This document shows positions 1 to 12,886 of a stretch of DNA of 64,000 nt, in pieces. Position 1 is the stretch's first letter. Each line of letters starts with the position of its first letter. The stretch lies in contig CP120463.1 in assembly GCA_034226945.1 (NCBI GenBank), positions 744,001 through 808,000 on the forward strand, written 5' to 3'. A program made the translations under genes and the position numbers. Below the pieces are notes generated by a model that was given only the letters and a program-made list of their open reading frames with translations, was not told the origin of the DNA and ran no database searches. This DNA comes from Picochlorum sp. SENEW3 (taxonomy: Eukaryota).

Positions 1-352
1 TTTCAGGGCGTGATGATGGCAAAGGTGCATAGCAATGATGGCCCAACACACTGTGATGTTGCAAGCATGCAAACACATATACTAGATTCACATGCAGCGT
101 ATCAGGTGCTATCGCATCCATAGATCCAACTGTTTCCGTGACAACATGCGTGTATGAAGGATGCTTGGACCCAGAGATGGCAGCAGTATCAGGCAACAAC
201 TCTTGTGAATTATAAACCACAACGCGCCCACCGCTCGACTCTACCCACTTCATAATCTTTCTGACACATTCCTCTTCATGTATCGATGTCAGTCCAGGCA
301 TATTAACCAGAAAAACGCATTCTTTGAAAAGATTTTCGTCAGTGTCATTCAT
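1..352 (-). CDS. BRCT-domain protein, 5' part (runs off the window)
   Basis: Not in ORF track. Hand translation from ATG 352: MNDTDENLFKECVFLVNMPG...IMKWVESSGGRVV...THVV...VNLVYVFACLQHHSVL..CYAP, open to base 1. The LF-x-x-x-F, GG, THVV and late C-L pattern is BRCT-like. Confidence 0.65.
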   Translation of the reverse strand, partial: MNDTDENLFKECVFLVNMPGLTSIHEEECVRKIMKWVESSGGRVVVYNSQELLPDTAAISGSKHPSYTHVVTETVGSMDAIAPDTLHVNLVYVFACLQHHSVLGHHCYAPLPSSRPE

Positions 353-668
353 GGTAGCAACCAAATATCAACTTTGTTCCGCTCAATGCGCCATACACAT
401 GACCATGTGTGGTATTTACATACAATTAACAATAGTATGTATGCATCGGCCCTGTCCTTGGAAGATTCAAGGTATTCGGTCAGAAGACATTTGAAATACG
501 AAAACTTGAGAGAGACACGAGTGTCCGACGAAAGGCAAGGATTGACCGGATATTTTGTTTTTGACGAATGGTTGTTTGTAGTCCTCGTCGTAGAGAAAGA
601 GACGACAAGCTTGTCGACCTCCATTCACCTCAGATGGCTTTACATCTGATATTGATCTGAAGTAATCC

Positions 669-1613
669 ATGCAAATTGAGGCTCGATTGATGCAAAAGAG
701 ACTTGTGGCTGGTACTGCTGCTGTGACGCATGGTCGTTTTGTCGACACAAAAAAAGGAATACGAGTAGGACTAGGATTTCATCTCGGCTTTCAAGCTTTC
801 AATAGTCATTGTATACCGATACAGAAAGGGTGGTGCGCCTTTGGGAAGGTGAAGAGATTGCAGAAGGGAAGAAACGTTTCAATGGCTGCATCTGAGAATC
901 CCCAGAAGGAAGCAGTGCGTGTGTGGTTGGGATCAGGATCTGCGTCTCGACATGCTCTCATGAAGGAAATTATGGAGGAATACGGAGAATTAATGACATT
1001 TATGGGCAAGGTGTCTGCGGATATCGATGAAAAGGCGATTCGGTATGATGATCCCAGGCAGCTGGTGCTGGCCTTGGCACATGCCAAGGCTGACGCTATT
1101 CTTGAAAAAGAGAATGGGTTTGGAGGCGAGGATGGATATTTGATTACGTGTGATCAAGTTGTGTTGCATAAGGGGTGTATTTTGGAGAAACCAGAGGATG
1201 AAGGGGAGGCTCGGAGAATGATTGCAGGGTATGCAGAGGCCCCAGCGTCGACAGTTGGGTCTACTGTTGTGACACATCTGCGGACTGGGAAGCGTGTGGA
1301 GCGCGTCGATATTGCAACGGTATGAATCATGATAGTAATGTTTTATTGAAATACGTCTGCCATGTGTATATCATCTGTCGTATATATCGCTTTGTGTGTG
1401 TAGATATTATTCTCAAAGGATGGGTTGCCACAGGATACTGTGGATTATTTGATTGATGAAGGAGAGATATTTTGGTGTGCGGGTGGATTGATGGTGGAGC
1501 ATGACAAAGTGCAGCCCCATGTTGTGTCGATTGAAGGGGGTATTGATGCAGTGATGGGGTTGCGGAAAGAGACTGTAGTGGATTTACTGAGAGCATGTGC
1601 AACAGAGACATGA
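669..1613 (+). CDS. Maf family nucleoside triphosphate pyrophosphatase
   Basis: LGSGSASR, DIDEKAIR, LAHAKA, LITCDQVV, EKP and CAGGL motifs. Intron 1320-1403 (GT..AG) joins the two ORFs in frame. The start may be 882. Confidence 0.9.
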
Positions 1614-1853
1614 TGGTTCTACAGCGGTATACTCCTGTTACAAAACTGTTCGTTCGATATATACTTTTAAAAATACCAGATGGAAGTAGCTTTAATCAAT
1701 ATCAGAATTGGAGAATATAGTATCTAGATAAATGTATTCTCTGTACAGACCCCAATGAGCCCTTGTCGTTACGTTATCGCGTGTCAAGAACTGGAGCACG
1801 TTCCTGGAGACGTGAACAGTGACAGTAAATCATTTACACAGTGAATAATGAAA

Positions 1854-4800
1854 TTATGCCAACCGAATTTCGTTTTCGCCAAGGTCAGACAACTTTACCC
1901 ATTCAAAACTTTCCTCCTGGGTGCCCTTGTTGTAGACAATCTGATGGTTGGACGTATCCTGGTCAAAGTCAACGATTTCAGCCCTCCACCAGCCTCCTTC
2001 GTCCGACCAAAATACACTCACGTGAAGGCCGATAGCTCCAGGCCCTTGCGATGTGATTTGTGGCCCTAGAGGCTCTGTGGGGGAGAACTGTTCTGTCACA
2101 GGCAGCTTCTTCAGTTCTCCTGGTACTGCTGGTGGCTTGAGTTTGATTAATGTGGATTTTGGGGTCGCAATTTTCAGTGATATTTTTTTTAACGACTGTG
2201 TGGTCGTATCTGGCTGCTCGCATGGCTGCTGATCCACGCCTTTTGATGCAGCACATCCTGTTGGCTGCGGAGCTTCCGTTAGCACTGTGGATGCCTCTTC
2301 CTTCTCAACATGCTCATACGCGCCTGGAATAATAAATCGAGTTGTTGCGGGGTTCATTGCATGTGTATGAACCGGAGCTTTGTTTTGCGCCAAGTCCAAT
2401 TCATATTGGCCACATGCAAGGTAGTTCTCAAAGTCCAAAAGACAGCGTTCATAATTGAGCCTCATGTTGTAGGATGCTGATGTTTGGCCACTGAGATCTA
2501 GGTTCAATGATCTACAGATATCTTTCCATTGCTTTTCTTGTGTGACTCTCTCGTACCCGCATCGTTCCATGACAGACCACCATACCGTGAACAAGTCTAA
2601 TTCTCTATGAGCAAAGATAGGGATTTTGTACTTTCCCTTCAGGCCAATGTAAAAATTGGTCACAAGCATCATGAATTGGTCTCTGGACAAGGTTCTCAGT
2701 GCTTGTAGAATTTTTGGGTCTACTTGCTGACCAGGAGTTAATGGTCCTGATGGAATCAATCCAGAGCCAGCAGATTTGTGAGCATCTTTGGCTCTGGCAT
2801 TTGAGGCAAGGGCAGCATATGCCGCATATTTCGCAAATACCTCCGATCCAAGATTTTGAAGATAATCTCGATAATTTTGTTTTGTCTCGTCGCTATGATA
2901 CTGTGTATTGAGCTCCTGTCCTGGCTCCACAAAAGTTTTGTTGGCATAGATCTGGAGAAGATGCTCTGATCGCTGAGCCTGGGTGAGGACTTCCTCCAGA
3001 CGCATGTCTTCGAGTTGCCACTCTGTTTCTTGCCTAGAAGCCTCTTCGGCATCCGCGCTTCGAAGAGATGATCTCGCTCGCTGTGCACGAGCAACTGTCT
3101 GCTCAAGCTTGTGGGCCTCTTGCAGCATCCTCCGCTCTTCATCTGGGTCGATCTCCATCTTCCAAGGACTGATGTTGCTTGTTTCACCGATTGCAGTACT
3201 GTCAAATTCTACGATGATACTTTCCCAAGGATCGTGTTTGTTTTGAGGGTGTGTGTGGCACAGGTTTTCGACAACAGTTCCCTTTTTCCAATATCCAGTT
3301 GATTTTGATCGTCTTTGTGAAGGTCTCGGAGGAACAAACATTTTGAAACGATCATTTGCAGTCCAATCAACTCTACTCTGATTGATATATGTGCTCAGCG
3401 GCACTAAATAATCAACGAGTTCGGGATCCAGGACTATTGGGGCGCAAATACACGAGTTAGGCAGTTGGTCCTTTGGGCCGTACTCTATAGGTTTCAAATA
3501 CATCCATGCAACGGGGCGTCTGAAAATGGCAATTTCTTCATGGGTGAAACCTTCTGTAGAAACGTGGACCAGATCAGCCAGATGTCTCCGGTATGTTATA
3601 CCACGGACCACATATCGCTGCACTGGCTTCAACTGCTCTATCCTGTCCTTGAGAGATGTCCATTCATTTTTCACAAGATCAATCGATTCTTCCTTCAGGG
3701 GTAGAATTGGCGCTTTAACACCCCCAGAAATTCCTTTGTCACTCTTGGCCTGCATGTCAGACGTCTCTGCCTTTGGCACTTCAATGTTCAAAAGGTGCAT
3801 TGCCTTCTCCACGTGCTGCAACAGGCCAGTTTTGAGAACCACAATATTATCTGATGGGATGGGAACCGTCAAAATACAATTCAAGTCATCTAAAATTTTG
3901 AGGTATGTCCCACGAGGAATAACGTCAGCTTGCATGATGACGTGGGACTGTAAAGATGCTACTTGGAGGGGTACCTCTTTTAGATCAATGGAGGAAGCTA
4001 CCGCAGTTCTCCATTTCGGTGACCAAACATCAATCCACTCTTGCGTCACTTTTTTCTCCTCAATCAAAATGCGATCCGCTTCAAGCAGTGCCCTGGCAGT
4101 GTCACGCAGATTGCATGACATAATTATGTCTGAGATACCGTAGACTACCTTTGCAATTTCATCGTCCTGCGGAGAATACCGACACAAACATCAACTATAT
4201 TGAGTTTAAATGATTTATAATAATCTTCCAACGTACCTTGAACCAGAATGAAATAGAGCCAAGCATTGATTCAATTGTCTGACTAACTCGAAGCTCTGTA
4301 CTGAGAGGTGTTGGCCTTCCTTTGCAGAGATTCCACTCTCCGCGCAGAAGAGGTTGATTGATGCCTTTATATCCATCTAATCTCCAACTAGATAATTCTA
4401 TCGTGGAAAGTTTCTTGGCTGGGCCATCAGGGGAAGATGTTGGGCTGGGAGCTGAGGTTAATGCTGCAATCAAGTGACGTTCCAGATGAATATCGGCTTT
4501 TTTAAGCCAAAGGATCAATTCGTCTAATCGTAAACCTTCATACCAGCCCCATGTATCTCGTTGGGGCTCAAAAGCTGCATCTGAGTCATGGTCAACTTCC
4601 TGGCAGTATACCCTGAAGGCCCCAGCACCATCTCCTAGTGCCCAGTACCTCCTCCCACCAAAATCTTCACCTATAAAAGCCTTCGTTCCAACACCGAGAA
4701 TATCTTTCCAAACCTCCCATTCTGTCAGAGCCCTGTCCCCCGGAGACAAAGAGTCTTCGATGGGTGCCATAATGCTATCAATCTCTGAACGATAGTGCAG

Positions 4801-7489
4801 GAATAGGTCGTTGCCATGTGGCTGTTCACAGGGAAGAGCCAGTCGCGCCGCTTGCTGTTGGAGAAAGTTGTCTGATCTTTTTGAAATCTCGTTGCTCAAA
4901 AAGTTTGATTCGATGGCTTCATAGAGCAATCCTGAGACCACATCTATTCGTTCCTCTACAGACAAGTCAATGAAATCACCATAGGCAAGATGCAAAGCAG
5001 CTGCCTTTGCTTCTTTCCAAACCCCATCCCAACTCCATACATTATTTGCAACTTCTTCAGGCCAAGGATTTTTCTGCTCAGTCGTTAAAGTAGCGGTTGC
5101 CATCGATGGTCTCTTTCTGTCAGCATTGGTCTTTGGCAGCGTCTCATCAATGACACCAAGAAGAGCTAGTACAATATCCCTCAATAATACACCTGAAGGA
5201 GCATATGACTTGTCCAGTGCAGATCCCTTCTTAATAATGTCGCTAGATACACCATACTTCTCTTTAATGCTCGCCTCATATTCTTCCTGCATCTTTTGGG
5301 TTTGTTTCAAAGCCTCTGCAATTGCATTCAGCCCTGCATCGTCGGAAATAACTGGCTGAACAGCATGAGGCTTTAGTTTCTGAGATTTGCGTCGCTTTAA
5401 GACCACTTTGTAGTCGTCATCATCATCAACTTCATCATCAAGCTCCATCATTGATGCGTACTCAGCCATGTGCTTTGACGGGACAGAAATACCTCGTTGC
5501 CGGCGAGTTTTAATCGTTGGTTCATATATGATATTTTGAGGCGCTTTATTCACACCTGGTGCTCGAGGTCTTGGAGCTGAACCATCTTTCCTTGGTCTGC
5601 CTCTGCCACGCTTCTCTGGGACTGCCTGCACAGCAGCACTCTTCTCTTCTTCAACAGGTATCTCTTCGAGGTGGCCGTCATTGTTGTCGTGTGACGCCCC
5701 CTCAGTCTTTTCATCTTCTTCTTCCGTCTCCTGTGGAGCAAACTCTGTGCCATTCGGAATATCATCCTTGCTTGGATCCTCTTCTTCCTCAGCAGGCTGA
5801 GCATCTGCTGCACCACCTGGACATACCACATCATTCCCCACAAACGGTTCCTTTCTGTTTTCAGAAGATTCTGGATTCTCAACGTCTGTAGTAATCTCTT
5901 CTGATTTCACATCAAGATCCGTCTTCATATGACTTGTTTCCTTGATCTCATCACCAGGCTCTTCTTCCCTTGTCTCCTTGATGTCCTCACTACATTCATC
6001 AATGGTAATTGATACGCTTGGGCCCGGACAAAACGCTGCTTCCAGAGCATGAAATGAAAAAGGAGGCACCTGAAGCAAATCACCAAACTCCTGAAAAAAA
6101 CTCCATAAGAAGAGCACTTCATGCACCTTTTCTTTTGGCACTCTAAAGCTTTTACGCATTGCAGGCGGCTCTCCTCGTTCTCTATGTGCTTTACTCTCCT
6201 CTTCAAATCGCTTTCTGTCCTTTTCCATTTGTATTTTATCATTCAATGCCTTTTTCCGTTTGTACTTGACAGTTCTCCATGCCTTCTTTCGAACCCTATC
6301 AAAATCCTCATCCTCCTCGTCAAGAATTTCATCCTCGGGGTCGAAGTCATCTGGCATATCCTCATCACTGATTGCATCAATTTCCATATCAGTATCCCAA
6401 ACACCTGCCTTTCTCAAACTCATCTCATACGTATCCTTCCTCCTTCCACAAAATGCTTCCAAATACGACATTACAAACTTTTTAATTGAAACAGGGACAG
6501 ATGATTTTCGACGTGAGTCGCTCAGCCCTTCATTCTTCAAATCTTCCGAGATACTCTCAACAATATCCTTAATGTCTGGGTTGCCATCCACATACAGCAC
6601 AGCGACAGCTCTCTGCAACACATCAATAGCCAGGGCTACATTCTGATACATACTGTCATACCGATGTGAGGGAGATAAAAGCTTGTACCAAGCCGTTTTT
6701 GTAATAACCCACACAAACCACACATCGTCACACATGTCAACCGCCCAATCAACGACAGGCTCGCCCAACAATTTCCCCAATTTCTTATTCTTCTTTGTAT
6801 TCTTTCCAGAAGTCCCTGCAGCACACATCTCCCCTGACAGTACAGCGTCTTCATCTAGACACCGCATCTGCCCTAGAGATAGGAGATCAATTGGTTCCCC
6901 AGCATCTGATGTGATCGCAAATGCATCAATGGCTTTCATCGGAAGAATCTCTGCACACAATAGATCTGGTTAGATAGCAGGACAACAGAGCAACCTCCAA
7001 CCACAACATTGACCCACCTGGCTCGTCAGCCACATTTTGAGACAACCGAACATCCTGACCGACGCCCTTCCAGACATTCAAATACCCCGAACGCAACTTG
7101 TTCGCCTTGAGACAACTCAGCAGACTCTTCTGAAACAACAATTTGCTCCTCTTGCAGATATCGATGATACTAGCATCTTCTGGGCGATTATTATATAGAA
7201 AACAGTTATCCCAAACCAGTTGAACGTCCTGCAATGCCTCATTCGCGCTTGAATAAGGCCCTTTCTTGCCAATAGACGACTGAATGTCATTTGCAATACT
7301 CTTCAAATCCCGAGGATTCTGAACGATTTTAGTATAATCAGGAAGCAATGTAGTATCCACTGGAGCACCAAACAGTGCATTTGTATCCGCATCTGAAAGA
7401 GCTTTTGTAATTGCTTGTTTTAGAGTTTTCAAAGCAAGAATGTCATCGTCGGTGAGGGCATTTGGACCCTCACCTTCTCTCTTCACCAT
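1854..7489 (-). CDS. Large chromatin-associated protein (bromodomain, RFTS-like, DDT, AT-hook, WHIM, BRWD/PHIP-like, ARID, Tudor-like)
   Basis: Three exons (about 7489-7019, 6950-4237, 4166-1854). Bromodomain PDYTKIVQNPRDL..DVQLVWDNCFLYN; DDT LFLWSFFQEFGDLLQVPPFS; KRGRGRPRK; IGEDFGGRRYW; ARID LDLFTVWWSV..GYERVT..W..YERCLLDFE; C-terminal VSVFWSDEGGWWRAEI. Confidence 0.85.
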
Positions 7490-7733
7490 GTTGATGACTA
7501 ATCTGAGCTACTAGATTAAATATTTGCTCCGAGAGGGATCCAAGAATGGCCATGTATACAGTGTTTCAATTTCCCATCGCTGGAAAAGTTTCCTAAATAA
7601 AACAATACAGCATCATGGTCAAAGCACCGCATGGGAAGGACAAGGCATCCTGATACCTTTGAAAAATACATCAGAAGCGTATGTTACGTCACAGAATTCC
7701 ATTGTGACAGGGCTGAGAGGGTGATTGCGTTCA

Positions 7734-8879
7734 ATGTCGTTCGTGGGAAATCAGTTTCAGAACGGATTTGATGCCGCACAGCGTCAAGGGGGCGTTGCCA
7801 AGGGGTTTTCTGGATCTCATGACGTGTTAACGTACGAGGATATTCGTTTCAAGGGTGCTCTTGGTCGAAAGGAAGCGGAACTTTTTTCTCAGATTTCTCC
7901 CCAAGAGACTTCGTACGAGAATCATGCTCTTGTGTACGTGGAGGAGTCTCCATTGTGCTATGATACACGAGTATTTGAAGAAAAAGAGGAGGAAGAGGAA
8001 TACGAGCGGCAGCAACGGCAGCAACAGAGTGGAGGAGCAAAGGAAGAGGAGGAGGTGAAGGAAGCAGCGACACAACAGGCAACTGTCGTGCAGAGAAAGA
8101 ATACGATGGAAATGGAGCACGGCGATCCTCGCGGCACTGGTACTCATAGTGATGATGTAGAAAAGGTTCAGAAGCCTGCGGTCAAGGAGTTGAGAGAGAC
8201 GGCAGAGGTTCAGGGTACAGATGCTCCTCCAGGGAAATCTGACGAGGTGGAGGAGGAGCAGAGTCGATTGGTTGTTGATGAGGAAGATATCTCAGGGGAA
8301 GATCGTGATGAAGCGGACGTTGGGGGTGTACCCGAGCCGACAATAGAGGAGGCAAAGGAGAAGGGAGATGTGTCAGATGGCCGAAAAAGAAAATCGGCAC
8401 CATTGTCTGCTTCTGTCAAGGAGCAAGTCCCAGAAAAGAAGCGAACGAAATCACGGAAAACATCTTCCGTGGAGAAGGAGAAACAGAAGACTGCTGGTCC
8501 ACGGGTTACTAGAACGAGTCCGCGAACAGCAGCGGTGAAATTGCCAAACAAGAAGAAGTTTACTCATGATGAACTCCAATTGCCATCCCCTGAGTGGAAA
8601 GCATATATTGTATCGATGGGCAAGAAGGAAAAGAATATGGTCTATCACAGTCCAGAAGGCATTATTTGTCACTCCCTAGAGATGGTCAAGGGTGTTGAGA
8701 GTAAGCGCCTGGAGAGTCTCAAACTCAAAGGAGCACTACATGGATTGATGCGGAGTGTAGGCAAGTTGAAAAGAGATCCAAGCGCGATGGATAGCTTGGA
8801 TGCAAAGCATTTGTCCAGGGATGCTGTTTTATTATATAGAATATGGCGTGCACGATGCCATGCAGAGGAAAATGAATGA
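7734..8879 (+). CDS. Acidic/basic low-complexity protein with possible MBD-like fold near C-terminus
   Basis: Long ORF followed by TGTAA at 8882. The segment LPSPEWKAY...VYHSPEG...SLEMVK resembles an MBD-type beta-sheet. Confidence 0.6.
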   Translation: MSFVGNQFQNGFDAAQRQGGVAKGFSGSHDVLTYEDIRFKGALGRKEAELFSQISPQETSYENHALVYVEESPLCYDTRVFEEKEEEEEYERQQRQQQSGGAKEEEEVKEAATQQATVVQRKNTMEMEHGDPRGTGTHSDDVEKVQKPAVKELRETAEVQGTDAPPGKSDEVEEEQSRLVVDEEDISGEDRDEADVGGVPEPTIEEAKEKGDVSDGRKRKSAPLSASVKEQVPEKKRTKSRKTSSVEKEKQKTAGPRVTRTSPRTAAVKLPNKKKFTHDELQLPSPEWKAYIVSMGKKEKNMVYHSPEGIICHSLEMVKGVESKRLESLKLKGALHGLMRSVGKLKRDPSAMDSLDAKHLSRDAVLLYRIWRARCHAEENE

Positions 8880-8909
8880 AATGTAAGCATTTGTTTTTTT
8901 TACACAACA

Positions 8910-11900
8910 CTACTCTATTATAGCGACATCTCGTAATACACGTGTAGGACGTGTGTATGTGCGCAGCAATAAACTGCTAGCAACAACACTCACCGAACTA
9001 AGGGCCATACAACCTCCAGCAATCCAGGGAGGCAGCTGGAATTGGAACATTGGGTACAGGCATCCAGCAGCAATTGGCACCATGACAAGGTTATATCCTA
9101 GAGCCCACACGTAATTCCATTTGATTCTTCTAAACGTTGCACGACAGATATCAAGAGCCATGATGACATCCTCAATGTCATTTTTCACGAGAATGATATC
9201 TGCTGCCTCAACTGCAACATCTGCACCAGACCCTATTGCCATACCAATATCTGCCTTTGCTAAAGCTGGGGAATCATTGACACCGTCTCCCACCATTGCT
9301 ACTGTGCACTTTTTTGAGGACTGCAACTCTGACACAACCGCTGCTTTGTCACCAGGCATTACCTCGGCATGGATATTTGTCACACCAAGTTGGTGACCAA
9401 CTGCTCGAGCAGTTCTCCAATTGTCTCCAGTGAGAAGAACACACATAATACCCATTTGATGCAATGCTGAGACCACACCTCGAGACTCTGGTTTGATAGG
9501 ATCCATGACACAGAAGATTGTAGCGAGGACTCCATCAACAGCCATATATATGCAAGAGCATCCTCTGGACTCCATCTCTCGAGCATACTCGGCTGCCGCG
9601 CTGCCAGAATCCAGCCCAGCAATTCCCTTGGATTTTAATAAATTTGCATTTCCCAGAAGTATAGAAATGTTTGCTCCAAACCGGGTGTTTCGACGTAGAT
9701 CTTCTGGCGTTTTGATTGATGCAGCAAGCCCTTGCCCTACAAGAATTTCGACATCATGAGCAATTGTCGTTGAGCTTTTCACTTTCGACGGCTTCTCAGA
9801 TACTAAAAGCCCTGCGGAAGATGAGACGTCATTTGACTTTTGCTGAAACATGGAAGGGCGAGATTGAGACACCCATTTTCCACTCCTGTACACATTCTCA
9901 AATGTAATGATAGCAGAGGCTATTGGATGCTCACTGCTCTTTTCTAATGCTGCCGCAATGTCTGCTGCTACATGCGCTGGAATGGCCTTATCCAGCATTA
10001 GAAAGTCCACGACAACAGGCTTTCCAAAGGTTAACGTGCCTGTCTTGTCAAATACAACTACGTTCACATCTACAGCTCGTTCCAGTATATCCCCACCTTT
10101 GATCAACACTCCATTAGAAGCAGCAACTCCCGTCCCAACCATCACAGCTGTAGGAGTTGCCAACCCCAAGGCACACGGACATGCAATCACCATGACAGCA
10201 ATACCAAATAAGAGAGAAAATAGAAATAAGGAGTGACCAGGTGGGATCCACGAATCTGGAACAATACCAGACACACCCGCAAGATACCATATTGCTGTCG
10301 TACACAGCGACAAGCTCACAATCACAGGAACAAATACTGCAGATATACGGTCAGCAACTGCTTGTACAGGTGCTTTACTAAGCTGTGCACCTTCAACCAA
10401 ACGCACAATCTGACTCAATGTCGTATCAGCCCCCACTCTCTCAGCCTGAATATGAATCATACCCCCATTATTCAAAGTTCCTCCGACAACAAGATCACCT
10501 ACAGTCTTCCCGACTGGTATTGATTCCCCAGTAAGCATGGACTCATCGATGAATGTAGACCCATAAACAATTTTTCCATCAGCAGGAATCCTCGATCCGG
10601 GAAGAACTTTCAAGACATCCTTTGTTTGAATTAAAGACGATGGAATCTCACGCTCAATCACATCACCTCCATTTGAATTTTCCTCGAGCAGAATCGCAGA
10701 AGCTGGGGCCATGGAACACAGCTTTACAATGGCCTCTGAGGTCTTCCCTTTTGCCTGCATTCATGCAATACATACAGTTAATTGAAACACAACATACATA
10801 TTCTCCAGCATGTGTCGATCGACGTACCGATGACTCCATATATTTCCCAAGCAGCACAAACGTAATGAGCATCGCTGATGTCTCAAAAAAATCAGTTGGG
10901 CTATACTTTCCAGTCATATGATGATCCATGATATGGTGATGAATGATTGATATCATCGAATACAAATACGATGCATTCGTACCAAACGATACCAGGCAAT
11001 CCATATTTGCTCTCTTCCCTTTCAATGCTCGATACGCACCAATATGGAAGGGCCATCCAATCACAAATTGCACAGGGGTTGCCAGGGCCCATTTCAATAC
11101 TTCATCCAAGGGAAAGCCAAACACCATGGTGCTATACACAAAATCCAAAGCCCCGACATAGGGAAAAACCATCGCTACTAGAAACACAGGTATCGTCAAA
11201 ACAGTTGACACTGTAGCCAACCGCCGATATCGTGCAGTCTCTTCTTCATTATGGCCTGCACCATGTGATTTTCCAGTCTCCAACACAGATGCACTAAATC
11301 CTACCTGCTCAATCTTTTCGATTATATCTCGAGGCCCAACGAGAGAAGGATCGAACGAAACCTCTGCAGTATTTGCCATGAGACTCACATCAACAGATAA
11401 GACACCGTCTTCCCGACGAAGCGCCTCCTCCACAGCAGAAGAGCATGATGCACACGTCATCCCCTGAATACCCAGCAGGATCTTTGAACTACTCGTTTCT
11501 TGCACTATAGATGCTTTGAATCCACATGATTCAATAGACCCGATGACATCGCGAGTCAATAGCGACCCAGGAGCATACTCTACTTCTGCCTGATTCGTAG
11601 ACAAGGACACAGCTGCCTTCCCCACCCCAGGCAATTTCTTCAACGACTTCTCCACAGCAGTCGAACACGACGAGCAATGCATTCCTTGAATATCCAACTG
11701 TATCTTTGACATTAACCCTGCGTCGTCGCCCTTGACACGTGCTTCAAACCCAGCATCTTGCACCGCCTGTAGAAGAGTATCCACATCAACCAGACTAGGA
11801 TCATATCGCACGTCTGCGCTCTCATTCAACAGAGCAACGGAAGCACTCTCAACTCCATACGTTGACTGTAGAGCAGATTCAACTGCACTTGAACAGGATG

Positions 11901-12066
11901 AGCAGTGCATTCCGCTGACAGACAGAACAGTCCGCTCTGTGTGGCCTCGCGTGCCATCCACAAGGGCCACCAACTCTTCCTCTTTCAACCCATCTTTTTT
12001 ACCATCCCAATAATAATTTGATACGTCGGCCCCTCGCCTCCACAAAGACTCTAAGAATGACGCCAT
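8910..12066 (-). CDS. Copper-transporting P1B-type ATPase (HMA5/RAN1-like)
   Basis: Three GMxCxxC HMA domains, TGES, CPC, DKTGT, SEHP, GDGVND, YN and MALSS motifs. One intron at about 10756-10828. Confidence 0.95.
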
Positions 12067-12400
12067 GAAGAGACTTTCTTTTGAACTTTTCTAGTCTGAC
12101 TACAAAAGATAGCACGGAATCCTCATTTCTGTGGATTAAAGCTCCCTTGATGGGTCCATAAACGGTATTATTATTTAAATAATTCTGATTTGGCTAAATC
12201 AAAGGCAAACGCGCTCGGAGTACCTGTCACGTGGATTTGTTCTGCAAATAATGCCTACTCCCGATGAAAACATATTGTGTCCGATCAAGCATCGCCTTTG
12301 ATGGGTAGATATGGAACCATCACATTCCCACGCCATTGTCCATTGATACACGTTAGAATTGACTATACGGCATTACGTATTTACATATACATGGTTTGGC

Positions 12401-12886
12401 ATGATTGACAAATCACAGTTTACAGTCATCAAGGTGTGTTGAGGACCATTTTGTGGTTGGGGATGCATGGGGACCTTTTGTGGGTGGCTAATTTTTTTAT
12501 TCCCAAAGCATTCGTTTCGTTCATGGATCGCCACGTTACACATGATTTTTTTATTATTGCAGTTGTACAGAGACTGTCTTCGTCTGGCTGATTACATCAG
12601 CACAAAGGTGTGTCTTTTCTCACCTCCCCTTGCAGTATCGTCTTCTGACGAATATCACTCTTCATACTGACGATGCTGTTCGGTCTATCTGTAGGGAGGA
12701 AATAGACTTGTGTTGAGAACGCAGGTTCGTGAAGCGTTTAGGAAGAATAAGGACGAGACAGATCCTGAGGAGATTGAGAAGCAGAAGGACGCAGCTGTGA
12801 GAGGTTTGTCAAATTACATGTTCTTTGAGGCGCAGCGCATGGCAAAAGAAGAGATTCAGGATGGAAATGACAAGTTTGACGGATAA
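12401..12886 (+). CDS. LYR-motif (Complex1_LYR) protein
   Basis: Only a fragment appears in the ORF track. Exons 12401-12433, 12563-12607 and 12695-12886 give MIDKSQFTVIK LYRDCLRLADYISTK GGNRLVLRTQVREAFRKNKDETDPEEIEKQK..., with the LYR..LR and FR.N..E.D signature. Confidence 0.85.

Noticed and set aside
349..624. Minus-strand ORF whose stop overlaps the BRCT ATG (ATGA)
   Set aside because: No recognisable protein features; equally long ORFs occur in other frames here, so it is probably chance.
12066..12400. Copper-response GTAC elements upstream of the Cu-ATPase
   Set aside because: Only one GTAC (about 12220) was seen, which is expected by chance.
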